Virus record (IMG/VR): IMGVR_UViG_3300017747_004058
Length of the DNA: 64,000 nucleotides
Source of the DNA: an uncultured virus (IMG/VR IMGVR_UViG_3300017747_004058)
Taxonomy: Duplodnaviria; Heunggongvirae; Uroviricota; Caudoviricetes
Reading direction: 5' to 3' (one strand)
Shown piece after piece: positions 1-9,628 of the stretch (the first letter of the stretch is position 1; each line of letters opens with the position of its first letter). A program made the translations under genes and the position numbers. A model generated the notes under the pieces. The model worked only from the letters and a program-made list of their open reading frames with translations, was not told where the DNA came from and searched no databases.

Positions 1-2
1 AC

Positions 3-173
3 CGGAAGATGTTCGAGGTCGAATTGGCCGACACCTGCATCCGCATCTTCGACCTTGCCGGGGCCAAGGGCCTGGACCTGGAAGGTGCGATCGCCGAAAA
101 GCGGGCCTACAATGCCCACCGGGCAGACCACAAGCTGGAGAACCGGCTGAGGCCGGGAGGGAAGGCCTTCTAA
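3..173 (+). CDS. MazG-like nucleotide pyrophosphohydrolase, C-terminal fragment (truncated by window edge)
   Basis: Manual translation of frame 3: RKMFEVELADTCIRIFDLAGAKGLDLEGAIAEKRAYNAHR...; the ExELAD..IR motif is typical of phage MazG-like proteins. TAA overlaps the next ATG. Confidence 0.7.
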   Translation, partial: RKMFEVELADTCIRIFDLAGAKGLDLEGAIAEKRAYNAHRADHKLENRLRPGGKAF

Positions 174-571
174 TGAGCCGCCCCACCTGCCCGGTGCCTA
201 CTATGCGGGAGATCGCGGATAAGATTGACCGCGTTACGGAACTCGCTAAACAGGCCCAACAGCGCATCGCCAAACTGGAAGCCGAGAACGCCGAGCTGCG
301 AGCCGCGACCCAGTGGCGGCCCATCGAGGAAGCGCCACGGCATGGCCCATGGATGCCTGTCTGGACCGGATACCCGCGAGGGTGGGCGAAGGGGCACTGG
401 TCAGTATTTGCTGAAGCGTGGACCGATGAAGACGGCGAGGAGATTTGCCCTACTCACTTCATGCCCGCCCCGGCCCCGCCGAAGGAGGCTGAAAGCGGTT
501 ACACGATCAACCCGACCTTGCGCGTCGAGACTGGCGCAACGCCGGGGTGGAAGCCGGAGGCGGACTCATGA
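173..571 (+). CDS. Hypothetical phage protein (DUF551-like)
   Basis: Coiled coil followed by QWRPIEEAP...PTHFMP motif; translationally coupled to the upstream gene. Confidence 0.55.
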   Translation: MSRPTCPVPTMREIADKIDRVTELAKQAQQRIAKLEAENAELRAATQWRPIEEAPRHGPWMPVWTGYPRGWAKGHWSVFAEAWTDEDGEEICPTHFMPAPAPPKEAESGYTINPTLRVETGATPGWKPEADS

Positions 572-816
572 GCGGCGGCGCACGTCCCGGCGCTGGCCGA
601 AAGCGCGAGAAGCCGCTGACGCTCACGGAGATCGGCCAAAAGCTTGCGCCCTATTATCGCGCGGGGCAGAATAGCGAATTCAGGGTCCGCGGCCGGTTTT
701 TGCAGGTGATTACGACGACGGTAAGCGTAATCTCCTACACCAAGCAGGAGGCCCAGGCGCACTTAAATAGCTTGGAGTGGCAAAAGCAGCGGGACACGAA
801 TAAAGGAAAACGGTAA
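568..816 (+). CDS. Hypothetical protein
   Basis: ATGA overlap with the previous stop; begins with the common phage GGARPGAGRK motif. Confidence 0.5.
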   Translation: MSGGARPGAGRKREKPLTLTEIGQKLAPYYRAGQNSEFRVRGRFLQVITTTVSVISYTKQEAQAHLNSLEWQKQRDTNKGKR

Positions 817-1067
817 TGGCAGACCTAGACTTCCCTAAACCAATGGCTGACATGGTTAGAGTCGCCACGGAGACCAATATGTTGCTGCGCTTCAAACCTA
901 ATAAAGTGGTTATCACCCCGGAACAGGCGCACGCCCTATTAATCGCAGTTCGGCCGGTGATCTCCAGCCGGCTGGGGAATATGGGCACTTCCGGCCTACG
1001 CCCTATTGGCTATATCCCCGAGTGGAACCCAGAAAATTGGGAACTTGTGCCGCAAACTAATCTCTAG
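816..1067 (+). CDS. Hypothetical protein
   Basis: TAATG coupling with the upstream ORF. Confidence 0.5.
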   Translation: MADLDFPKPMADMVRVATETNMLLRFKPNKVVITPEQAHALLIAVRPVISSRLGNMGTSGLRPIGYIPEWNPENWELVPQTNL

Positions 1068-1090
1068 CGCGGCAAAGGTACAATATCCAC

Positions 1091-2017
1091 ATGCGCACCC
1101 TACACTCACCTGTCCCTTATCCTTGCTCGCGGCACCGGCACCAGAGCACTCTGAACATTGCCCAGAACTTGCTACGCCTATTATTCATTACGGCGGGGCT
1201 CATTCTCCTGGTCACTAAAGCTTACGGTCAAAGCAATGTCTGGGTGTTACAGGAAATTGAACGTGAACTCGTCGGCACTGTCGCGCGGGACATTTGCGCC
1301 ACGCACAATGTGCCCACTGTCCGCACGAGCGGTACGGTCCTTACTGTGGGTAATGGCTCCAGTGCAACTGAGATTGACCCCATTCGTTTTCAGCAAGTTA
1401 CAGGGCAGGTGGCCCGCACTGAGGCCCTTACTGCTCCTGGGACGTTCACGAGCAGCTTGGCTGGGATTTCAGGGACGGTGTTTATTTATGCTTACCGAAA
1501 TGCCTCTGGAGCTCTAACCATTGCCGCTCTCACTGTCCCCGGCATGAGTACCCTTACTGGCAGCAGCGGCACCTTTGTCCAGGTGACCTATCCTAGTGCA
1601 TTAGCAAGCCAAATCCTACGCACGGGGATCTATTTGCAATCCTGGACCATGACTGCTGGCACTCCGGCAACCTTTGACGTGGGTGGAGGAGTGCAGCAAG
1701 GCGGCGGCGTGGATTGCCGGCTCTTAAAAATGCTCATGAACAACACAACGTCCGGAACTATAGCCATGCCGCTTATTCGCTCAGGGGATACGATTGCCAC
1801 CTTTTTCAGCTCCAACGCCAGCCTAGTGACCGGGCAGACTCTGCTGTACATGGATAATCTACGCCCCACGAGCACGAGCGGCGTAATTGAACCTGGGCTG
1901 GCCTCTCGCGGCGGCATGCAGGTGAGCGGGCCCAGCAATAGCGTGTACATGAGCAATACGGTGGTCCTGCGGCCGAATCCTATTCCGCTATATTCACCGG
2001 CACCCCCGCAGCCATAG
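1091..2017 (+). CDS. Putative secreted/membrane-anchored beta-rich protein
   Basis: 308 aa with hydrophobic segment LLFITAGLILLVTKAYG/Q and a T/G/S-rich body; TACAAT-6nt-ATG upstream. Confidence 0.55.
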   Translation: MRTLHSPVPYPCSRHRHQSTLNIAQNLLRLLFITAGLILLVTKAYGQSNVWVLQEIERELVGTVARDICATHNVPTVRTSGTVLTVGNGSSATEIDPIRFQQVTGQVARTEALTAPGTFTSSLAGISGTVFIYAYRNASGALTIAALTVPGMSTLTGSSGTFVQVTYPSALASQILRTGIYLQSWTMTAGTPATFDVGGGVQQGGGVDCRLLKMLMNNTTSGTIAMPLIRSGDTIATFFSSNASLVTGQTLLYMDNLRPTSTSGVIEPGLASRGGMQVSGPSNSVYMSNTVVLRPNPIPLYSPAPPQP

Positions 2018-2027
2018 GGAGCACTTA

Positions 2028-2207
2028 ATGACCGTTGTTGCTTTAGGTTGCCGCTGTCGGGAATGTAACGGAGTGTTTCGGTACAAGAAAATTCCCGGCG
2101 GGGACGGGTCCAAGGTGCTGCCCATCAAGCACAAGGTAGACGGCAAGCTATGCCCAGGCATGCACTTTGACGTGAACATTATCGAAGTCATCAGAAAGCG
2201 GAAGTAG
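2028..2207 (+). CDS. Small Cys/His-rich protein (59 aa, below ORF-track cutoff)
   Basis: Manual translation MTVVALGCRCRECNGVFRYKK...KHKVDGKLCPGMHF...; GGGAG upstream. Confidence 0.5.
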   Translation: MTVVALGCRCRECNGVFRYKKIPGGDGSKVLPIKHKVDGKLCPGMHFDVNIIEVIRKRK

Positions 2208-2211
2208 TAGG

Positions 2212-2415
2212 TTGGGCAACGAATATAAATTCGGCCGCGGCCTGGGGCATGTGATAATTCCCGGCACTACTACGCGAAATTGCCGGTATTGTGGCGATCC
2301 CATGGACATTTCCCATGCTCCTATGACCGTGGCGTGCAAAAAGCCCGAGTGCCGGGAGAAATTGTTAGCGCATCATAAGCGGCACGAGCGGGCAAAGACC
2401 AAAAAATCAGCATGA
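2212..2415 (+). CDS. Small Zn-finger-like protein
   Basis: CxxC...CxxxxC pattern; ATGA overlap with the next gene; start uncertain. Confidence 0.4.
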   Translation: MGNEYKFGRGLGHVIIPGTTTRNCRYCGDPMDISHAPMTVACKKPECREKLLAHHKRHERAKTKKSA

Positions 2416-3101
2416 AGCCCAAAAAGACCCCAGACCCCGCTCCAATTACGCCTAAAAAGCGTCCCGGCCGGCCCAAACGCATTACGCCCTTGTCTTTTTT
2501 AGACGACCTGGATGAGCGCCGCCTGGAAAACGCCCGCAGGAGCACAAAAAATGGCACTAGACCCCCCAAAGAGTCTTTAGAGCCGATTCCTGAAGCCCTA
2601 ATTAAGGTGCTGGCTGAGCGTGCCCTCCACGAACGGCTCCTAAAAGAGGAATACAAGGCCAAGGGCATCCCCTATAGGCGGCCGCCTGGGACCAAACTCA
2701 CCCTGGACGAGCGTTTGGACACCATAGAGGACTGGATCACGCGCGGGCTAATCAAGGCGGACCTAAGCAGCAATGGCCATGGTGATTTTGCCGCACTTTT
2801 GCGCGTGTGGCAGGAAAATGCCAAGATTCGCGGCCAAATTAGCGGGGAATACAACCCCGCCGGCGATAAGCAAGCCGCCCCCCAGCAGCAAAACAACACT
2901 GTGGTGCAGTTTTTTGGCATTCCTGGCATGGTGAGCGCAGAGGAAGCGCAAAGAATCCTTAGCGACAGCGGCATAGGGGCGCTGGGGAGTGAAAAAGCGC
3001 TCAATGCGCCGGAAAAGCTCCGTACCCTGGAGGAGACTCTAGGGCCAGTAGACCTGGAGCCAAAAGAAATTGACGGGGTACTTGTTTTTGAGAGCGAATA
3101 G
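2412..3101 (+). CDS. Putative terminase small subunit / DNA-binding protein
   Basis: Basic N-terminus (KKRPGRPKR), helical core, upstream of TerL; position-based inference. Confidence 0.4.
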   Translation: MKPKKTPDPAPITPKKRPGRPKRITPLSFLDDLDERRLENARRSTKNGTRPPKESLEPIPEALIKVLAERALHERLLKEEYKAKGIPYRRPPGTKLTLDERLDTIEDWITRGLIKADLSSNGHGDFAALLRVWQENAKIRGQISGEYNPAGDKQAAPQQQNNTVVQFFGIPGMVSAEEAQRILSDSGIGALGSEKALNAPEKLRTLEETLGPVDLEPKEIDGVLVFESE

Positions 3102-3119
3102 GTTTAATATAAACTTATG
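3082..3119 (+). promoter_or_regulatory. sigma70-like promoter with overlapping 19-bp palindromic operator; leaderless start
   Basis: TTGTTT(3082)-17nt-TAATAT(3105)-6nt-ATG(3117); palindrome copy TAGGTTTAATATAAACTTA at 3099-3117. Confidence 0.65.
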
Positions 3120-3554
3120 AATGAACTCAACCAAAAAGCAATCGACGACCGAGGTCTGCGCCGTAAGCATGTCGCTGTGCCCGATAGCCGGTTGCAGAAC
3201 GCGCAAGCCTATATGAGCAAAGAGGAGTTGCAAGACTCTCGTGCTCGCATGCGTAATGCTTTGCAGTTCGACCCTGCCGCAGCGTGTGACAATGTTCCTA
3301 CGCCGGCCGCCAGCTATATGGACACCTTGGCACAAGTGAATACGGAGCTGGAGCGTCTGCGAGAAGCCCATGACCTGCTGCGGACCTCCCTGAGCCCCTT
3401 TTTGCAGGTGCCTATCCCCACGCCCATGCGCGACGAGCCCATGTCGCCGGAGACCCGCGAGTCCGACGCGAGCTTGGTCATCTTTGGCATCATTCGGCAA
3501 GTTCGTGCGGCGACTGAAGACATTTTGAACGTTATCGATCGGTTCCGGCCCTAG
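3117..3554 (+). CDS. Hypothetical coiled-coil protein
   Basis: 145-aa ORF starting at the last base of the palindromic motif. Confidence 0.6.
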   Translation: MNELNQKAIDDRGLRRKHVAVPDSRLQNAQAYMSKEELQDSRARMRNALQFDPAAACDNVPTPAASYMDTLAQVNTELERLREAHDLLRTSLSPFLQVPIPTPMRDEPMSPETRESDASLVIFGIIRQVRAATEDILNVIDRFRP

Positions 3555-3776
3555 CAGCTTTCTTCGCTTTTTAACGATCTCCAGGTTCTCTTAGTAGTCG
3601 CGGTTGCTCTTATGCTCGGTTGTGTGGGAGTCGTACTCGCGTAAGCTTGGGAGCTTTCCCTTATCGTCGCAGAACGTCCGGCGGTGGAGAGAATAAGGCG
3701 TTCAGCACTGGGGCAGTGGATTTTCACCCTTGGCCACTGCCCCACGGATTAAGGACGACCTACAGGAGTATTCAAT

Positions 3777-4094
3777 ATGATCGGTCTCGCAATCGCGTTT
3801 CTTGAGTGGCGTTGGCAGTGCATCAACGAATACGGCCAAGCCTGCAAGGGCTGGTGGTAGGCTTTCGTGGCCGCCATTAACCTGTTCAAACTCGTAGCGT
3901 TGTTCGTGGCTTGTTTGCTATTCGCAGACCACCCCGAGATGCTGCCAATGTTCCAGCGCTGGCTGGGGAGAGGAGGAAGCTAAATGGAAGCAAGACTTTG
4001 CATTGGGGCCTGGATTGGCGTAATTGCCTATTACACGGGCAAAGGAGTGATCGAAGTAGGCATTGCCATCTGGCACATCCTCGGCGGTAACTAG
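3777..4094 (+). CDS. Three tandem small hydrophobic peptides (3777-3860, 3867-3983, 3984-4094)
   Basis: 27, 38 and 36 aa; AGGAG before the first and GGAGG before the third; tightly packed. Confidence 0.45.
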
Positions 4095-4174
4095 GGCCGG
4101 CGCGCACTAGGCAAACGCGGCGGGCTGCCATCCCCGCCGCTTAAGTGTTTTAAGAAGTTTTTAGGAGTATTAAA

Positions 4175-4435
4175 GTGCTGCCCCCTACGATCATTACTGC
4201 TGGGAGCTTAATCGAAGACTGGACCGTCCGTTGCGTATTAGCGCGCGTACTGAGCACTCATATATCCACGCCCGCGAGAATAACGTATCGGGAGCTGGAC
4301 ATGCTGCTAACCAGTCATCGGGCCGAATGCCGTGCTTGGCAAGGGTCACTCTTCTTTGACACTGCCAGTACTCCTAGTGATCCAGTGCCCACGAAGCTCT
4401 TTGGCCGTAAGCTGCAATTGGTGCATAGTTTATAA
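4175..4435 (+). CDS. Hypothetical protein
   Basis: GTG start preceded by TAGGAG. Confidence 0.4.
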   Translation: MLPPTIITAGSLIEDWTVRCVLARVLSTHISTPARITYRELDMLLTSHRAECRAWQGSLFFDTASTPSDPVPTKLFGRKLQLVHSL

Positions 4436-4462
4436 TCCGCCCCTGCTTGCTATAATCCCTGC

Positions 4463-5350
4463 ATGGCGTACCCAATGCAGCGAGGACAGCAACAAGGACA
4501 GCAAGGACAACGAGGACAGGGCCCACAAGCACCTGGACCACGACCGGATTACTCCCCGCAGCCTTTTAGCGCTGGGCGACAGTCACAGCAAGCACAACGT
4601 CCTCAGCGCCCTATGCAAAGTGGCCAACCGCAGCGCCCCATGCAGCAGCGACCCCAGCCGGCACCCCAGCGACCCCAGTACCAGCCTCAGTACCGGCCCC
4701 AGCAGCCGACGCAGCGCCCTACGCAGCCACAGCGCTCTATGTCTCGATACGAGCCCCAGTACGAGCCCCAGGAGCGGCAGCAATTCCAGGAACGGGAGCC
4801 CCGCTGGTCGCCGGACTATGGTGATTACGGCGCGTACAATGAGCCGCGTGGTGGGCGTGGCGGCATGGACCGTTCTATGGACCGTTCTATGGACCGCGGC
4901 ATAAGTATGGGCGCGAGTCCTGATCGTGGGTTCGCTGGTCGCCGGGAGTATTCTCCGCAACCGGATCGCATAGCCGTCCTGCCCCAATCCCAAGCGCCGC
5001 AAGCGCCTATGGGCCCTGACCCTTCCATGGGGCACCCGTTTAGTCCCTACCGTAAGCCTCAATTCCAGCAGCAGGAACCCATGTTCCGTGGCGGTGGCCC
5101 TATGTTCGACCCGGACCAAGCAGCGTCTATGGAGTCCGCGGCTCTGGATCAAATGTCGCGCTACGGCGGTCCAGCCAAGGGTGTATCCCAGCTTACTCAG
5201 CGGGAGGAGTCTGGCGATGGTGGGTATTCTGGCGGCGGCGGGTATCCTACCGCGCCTTCTTACAGGAAGTCCATGTCTCCGCGTAGGATGCAGTTCGAGA
5301 CCGGTGGATATGACCCCAGTGAAGGGGCCCGGTCTCCTGATTTTTACTAA
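4463..5350 (+). CDS. Low-complexity Q/P/R/G/Y/M-rich disordered protein
   Basis: Composition; extended -10 TGcTATAAT-6nt-ATG directly upstream. Confidence 0.65.
   Translation: MAYPMQRGQQQGQQGQRGQGPQAPGPRPDYSPQPFSAGRQSQQAQRPQRPMQSGQPQRPMQQRPQPAPQRPQYQPQYRPQQPTQRPTQPQRSMSRYEPQYEPQERQQFQEREPRWSPDYGDYGAYNEPRGGRGGMDRSMDRSMDRGISMGASPDRGFAGRREYSPQPDRIAVLPQSQAPQAPMGPDPSMGHPFSPYRKPQFQQQEPMFRGGGPMFDPDQAASMESAALDQMSRYGGPAKGVSQLTQREESGDGGYSGGGGYPTAPSYRKSMSPRRMQFETGGYDPSEGARSPDFY
4865..4896 (+). repeat. 12-bp in-frame tandem repeat ATGGACCGTTCT (MDRS), about 2.7 copies
   Basis: Directly visible in the sequence. Confidence 0.85.
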
Positions 5351-5368
5351 GGGGGTGCTTAATACCCC

Positions 5369-8300
5369 ATGCCCAAGAAGCTAAACACTCTTTCGCAGCC
5401 GGCTACGCCCTTAATTGCTGACCCAGGAGTCGCCGGCCGCAGCATACCTAATGGACCGGCAATGGCCGAGAAGGCGCTCTGGGAGCCTAATAACGGGTTC
5501 CAAATGAATGCCTTATTTAGGACTGAGTTTGAAGTCCTTTTAGCGGGCGAGAAAGGAAGTGGCAAGGCCACCAGTCTCGACGCCTTAATTTGCACACCTG
5601 CCGGCTGGCTTACTATGGGAGAGATCCGCGTAGGCGATGAGATCTCTAACCCGTGCGGCGGTGTGCAAAGAGTCTTAGCTATCCACCCCCAGGGACCAAA
5701 GCAGCTCTACAAGCTCACATTCCAGGATGGGTCTTCCATTGAATGCTGTGAAGATCATCTTTGGTACGGACACTGGACTGCCAATCGCCGGCGCATTAAG
5801 GGAAAGCGTGCAGAAGGATTAGTAGAGCCCATGACACGCCGTGTGTACTCTACCAAGGAGATCATGGCTAAGATGGCCGTGAAGCGTGGTCCTAAGTCGG
5901 TGCCGAACAATTTTGTTATCCCCCTTACGCAGCCGGTGGAGCGTGCGGGAGTTAAGCCCTTTATGGGGCCGTATTCATTGGGCGCTTTTCTTGGTGATGG
6001 TTCTTTATCGTCTGGTTGTCGCATAACGACCATGGATGAAGAAATCATAGAGTTCATGCGGGTGGAGCTGGAACCTGGAACCGAACTCGTTAAGCAAAAA
6101 ACCGGGGATCGTTGTTCTTCTTGGCGATTGGCCGATAAGAATAAGGCACTGCACAAACTAAGAGAACTTGGCGTAGCAGGAACGGCCGAGCACAAGTTTA
6201 TTCCCGACATTTGCAACCTCTGGTCCGTAGAAGACAGGTTTGCTTTATTACAGGGCCTCATGGACACAGACGGGTACGCTAGCGGGCACGGAGCAGAATA
6301 CTATTCCATTAGCTACCCATTGTGCGTTGGCGTGCAGCAGCTCGCATGGTCGTTAGGGTATAGCGCCAAGATCACCGGGCCTAAATTTAAGAAGTATCCC
6401 TATAACGGGGAAATGCGAACTGGTAAAGCTCGCTGGTTAGTGCGCATCCAGGGAGACGACACTAAAAGACTTTTTAGGCTGGAGCGTAAAAAGTCCAAGT
6501 GTCAGCAGCAGTACGGCAACGGGTACAAGTGGTATCCAGGCCGGAAGCTAGTCTCGATTGAAGACGCTGGCATTAAGCCCGCCCAGTGCATCACGGTGTC
6601 CGGCGAACAGGGCACATACGTTACTAGTGACTATCTGGTCACGCACAACACGGCACTGACCCAGTTTTGGCTCACCCGTGGAAACTGGAACAGGCTCCCC
6701 GTGGACGGTTACAAATGGGCCCTTCCCCCTAATCCCACGGCCACCGACCGCAGCTACATTTACCATCCCGGCTACACGGCCCTGGTAGTCCGCCGCACGC
6801 AGCCAGAACTCACCGCCTATATCCGCGAAGGCATGGAGATCTGGAAGCATTATGGGGGCGTGGATAAGCAAGACCCCCTGCGCGTGGAATTCCCTCTGTA
6901 CGATAAAATAACCGGGCGCCTAGTTGACGCCAATAAGGTAGGCGCAACATTTTGGTTCGGGCATTTAAGTGACGAGAACTCCTGGCTCCGTTATGTGGGT
7001 ATTGCTCGTACTCGTGTGGTTGTTGAAGAGGCCATCCAGCTCCCCGAGATTAACCTGTTCATGAAATTGCGTTCCTGCGTGCGCTCGCCGTACCCGGAGA
7101 TGAAAGAGCAAATCTACCTAACCACCAACTGGCTGGGCCCTGGTGTCATGTGGCTGGACGACCGGTACTGCAAAGGGCTTAGGAGCGGCAAGGATTCCAT
7201 TGTTCGCGTGGTGACTGGGTATACGAAGGCCGCGGGCAAACTAGAGTCCGTCATGCGGACTGTGGAAGCCGAAGGCGAAGACCTTGTTCCCGGCACCATT
7301 ATCCATGAAACCATTAAGGACGAGAACACGGGCGAAACCTATGTAAGTGACCGGGTATACCTGCACGGGTGCTTAAAAGATAATCCTATACAGAATACTG
7401 CTCGTTATCGCGCCACGCTGATCTCGGGCACAGACCAGGAAGTCGCAGCTTATTATTACGGCCGGCGCGATGCAGCTACGGGCAGCTTTTTTAGGTCATT
7501 CCGTACTAAGCGCATGCTCGACCTGGACGGCCGACCCATGGAGCCCGATAATGCCCTCCACGTCTTAAGCGGTGACCAGCACAGACCACGCCTGCAATCC
7601 TGGTACAGACGCGCAGTAGGTGCTGACTACGGCTTTAATCACAATGCCGCATTCGTCCTGGGCATCATGGAAGAGCCTATTAGCCGCCTGCACTGCGCCG
7701 AGGAGTTTAGTGCCCCTGGCTTTGGCTTGGACGACTTTGGGATTAGTATTGGTCAGGCCATTGAACGCGCCGGCCTAGACGACCTAGAATACGCCGTGCC
7801 TGTATTCTTGTCCCATGATTGCTTCCATAATACGAACGACGGGCCCACAGAAGCAGACCATATTGCGAACGGCATTCGCAAAGTAATTGGTGAAAGCCGT
7901 GTCCTCATGCGGCCGGACATATTCGCTGAAGGCCAAACTCCCACTGCCGTAGACGAGGCTAGTGTGGTCGTAGTCCGCGGCTATAACAAGCGCGTGGCCG
8001 GCTGGCGGCATATGCAGGAACTCCTCCGCTGGAAGGCAGACCTCATAGAAGCTAATGTCGCTGGGTATTCCATGGGAGAGGCGCAGAAGATCCTCTTAGA
8101 GCGTGGAGAAACCGCCTTTAACGACTATTTAGCCCAGTGGCAGCGCATCATGCCCACGACTCGCCCCCAAATGGTTCTCTGGGACAATATGCGCAAGCTT
8201 GCCAAGGCCATACAACAAGCCCAGCATGACGAAAACGACCCGGAAGACGTGCGTAAAAAGCACTGGGAAGGGGCCGATATCCTGGAAGCCTGCCGGTATC

Positions 8301-8542
8301 TGGCCATGGGGATTAATATCCTCTCCCGCGCCACCGAACCCTCCCATGTGAAATTTCTGCGTGAAATAGAGCAAGCCCGTGCGCGTGGCGCATCGCCAAC
8401 CACAATCCACATGATGACTATGACTGCCATGCGTAAAGTGGCACAAAAGGCGCAATCAACTAGCAACTTCGTCCCCATTGTTCCTGGCAGTCGCCGGTCT
8501 CGTGTGCTCTGGAACAGGCACGCGCAAAATACAGTAAACTAA
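5369..8542 (+). CDS. terL: Terminase large subunit, intein-containing
   Basis: Walker A GEKGSGK|T split by an intein, Walker B VVVEE, motif LTTN, nuclease GADYG...; upstream of portal. Confidence 0.88.
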   Translation: MPKKLNTLSQPATPLIADPGVAGRSIPNGPAMAEKALWEPNNGFQMNALFRTEFEVLLAGEKGSGKATSLDALICTPAGWLTMGEIRVGDEISNPCGGVQRVLAIHPQGPKQLYKLTFQDGSSIECCEDHLWYGHWTANRRRIKGKRAEGLVEPMTRRVYSTKEIMAKMAVKRGPKSVPNNFVIPLTQPVERAGVKPFMGPYSLGAFLGDGSLSSGCRITTMDEEIIEFMRVELEPGTELVKQKTGDRCSSWRLADKNKALHKLRELGVAGTAEHKFIPDICNLWSVEDRFALLQGLMDTDGYASGHGAEYYSISYPLCVGVQQLAWSLGYSAKITGPKFKKYPYNGEMRTGKARWLVRIQGDDTKRLFRLERKKSKCQQQYGNGYKWYPGRKLVSIEDAGIKPAQCITVSGEQGTYVTSDYLVTHNTALTQFWLTRGNWNRLPVDGYKWALPPNPTATDRSYIYHPGYTALVVRRTQPELTAYIREGMEIWKHYGGVDKQDPLRVEFPLYDKITGRLVDANKVGATFWFGHLSDENSWLRYVGIARTRVVVEEAIQLPEINLFMKLRSCVRSPYPEMKEQIYLTTNWLGPGVMWLDDRYCKGLRSGKDSIVRVVTGYTKAAGKLESVMRTVEAEGEDLVPGTIIHETIKDENTGETYVSDRVYLHGCLKDNPIQNTARYRATLISGTDQEVAAYYYGRRDAATGSFFRSFRTKRMLDLDGRPMEPDNALHVLSGDQHRPRLQSWYRRAVGADYGFNHNAAFVLGIMEEPISRLHCAEEFSAPGFGLDDFGISIGQAIERAGLDDLEYAVPVFLSHDCFHNTNDGPTEADHIANGIRKVIGESRVLMRPDIFAEGQTPTAVDEASVVVVRGYNKRVAGWRHMQELLRWKADLIEANVAGYSMGEAQKILLERGETAFNDYLAQWQRIMPTTRPQMVLWDNMRKLAKAIQQAQHDENDPEDVRKKHWEGADILEACRYLAMGINILSRATEPSHVKFLREIEQARARGASPTTIHMMTMTAMRKVAQKAQSTSNFVPIVPGSRRSRVLWNRHAQNTVN
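5567..6649 (+). mobile_element. 361-aa intein with in-frame LAGLIDADG homing endonuclease; Ala1, class-3-like
   Basis: Starts ATSLDALICTPAG; block B CCEDHLW; LAGLIDADG blocks LGAFLGDG and LQGLMDTDG; block F AQCITV; ends VTHN|T. Confidence 0.9.
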
Positions 8543-8561
8543 GTCTTAGGAGAAATCACCC

Positions 8562-9194
8562 ATGCCCTTTGACGGTATCTTGGCAGCGATGAAACAGAAA
8601 AAGGCCAAGCTTGGCGAGGCTAGCGAGTCCCCTAGCGAGCAAGCCATGGAGAAGGCCACGGGCACTGAGGGCACTCCTGAAGACAACCTAGAAGACGCCG
8701 AACAAGGGGAAGATCTGGCTAGCGAAAGCGACGGCGATGATGAGTCTGGGGAATCCGGGGAGTCCAGCGCGGGTATGGCCGGCATGGAAGGCGAAACCGA
8801 AATGGACATGGCCGAGCAGGGGGATGAATCCGCTGAAACTGGCGGCATCCAGGCTGCACTGGCTAAACTACGTGGCGGCACGGGCATGGGGGGTGCTGAG
8901 ACTGGGGGTGATCCAATGAGCGCGGTTACTGACAGCACCCCCGCGCGGACTGCCGTGGAGACTGCCGCGGCCGAACAAGGGATTGCCCTGGACGAGATCA
9001 CGGGGAGTGACTTGCTTGAACTCCTGGAAATGGGCGGCCTTGGGGCGGAATTGGTCATGGGAGAGGCTGAGGAGACCGGGGACGGTGCCTTGGGTGCTTT
9101 GCTCGCTAAGGCCCCTGGGAAGCCCGCGATGGGCGGCGCGGGCATGGGCGCGGGCAAGATGCCTGGGTACCCCAAGAGCGGGTACAAGAGCTAG
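8562..9194 (+). CDS. Acidic E/G/A/M-rich disordered protein
   Basis: SD AGGAG upstream; strongly biased composition. Confidence 0.65.
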   Translation: MPFDGILAAMKQKKAKLGEASESPSEQAMEKATGTEGTPEDNLEDAEQGEDLASESDGDDESGESGESSAGMAGMEGETEMDMAEQGDESAETGGIQAALAKLRGGTGMGGAETGGDPMSAVTDSTPARTAVETAAAEQGIALDEITGSDLLELLEMGGLGAELVMGEAEETGDGALGALLAKAPGKPAMGGAGMGAGKMPGYPKSGYKS

Positions 9195-9203
9195 GAAACC
9201 ATC

Positions 9204-9623
9204 GTGCGACCGGGCCTGATTGCCGCATTCTTAGACTGGCTAGGGGGACTACTCCTGGGGCGTAGACCCTATGAAGAACTTTCCCAGGAATGCGCAACAC
9301 AACGTCTTAATGGTCATTATTTAGCCATGACCACTGCTGAGAACGAACGGCTCCGTGAAGACAACCGTGAACGCATGGTCATGGTTGCGGACCTGACTCG
9401 CCAATTGCAGGCCAAGATTGCCGTGGAGTCCTTATTGCACGTAACCGAGACCGCCACCAAGCCCGTACGCGGCCGGCAGCTCATGAGCCTTATCGCCCGC
9501 GACATGGAGTCCCGCCTGCGGTCCATGAATGAGGCCTTGAATATTAAGCCGCTAAGTACGCCCGTGGATGCCCAGGACGAACAGGTTGAGAGTGCTCGGA
9601 ATGCTGAGTACGCTGGACGTTAA
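9204..9623 (+). CDS. Hypothetical coiled-coil protein
   Basis: Fills the operon gap; GTG start after AGGA. Confidence 0.55.
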   Translation: MRPGLIAAFLDWLGGLLLGRRPYEELSQECATQRLNGHYLAMTTAENERLREDNRERMVMVADLTRQLQAKIAVESLLHVTETATKPVRGRQLMSLIARDMESRLRSMNEALNIKPLSTPVDAQDEQVESARNAEYAGR

Positions 9624-9628
9624 AAGGC

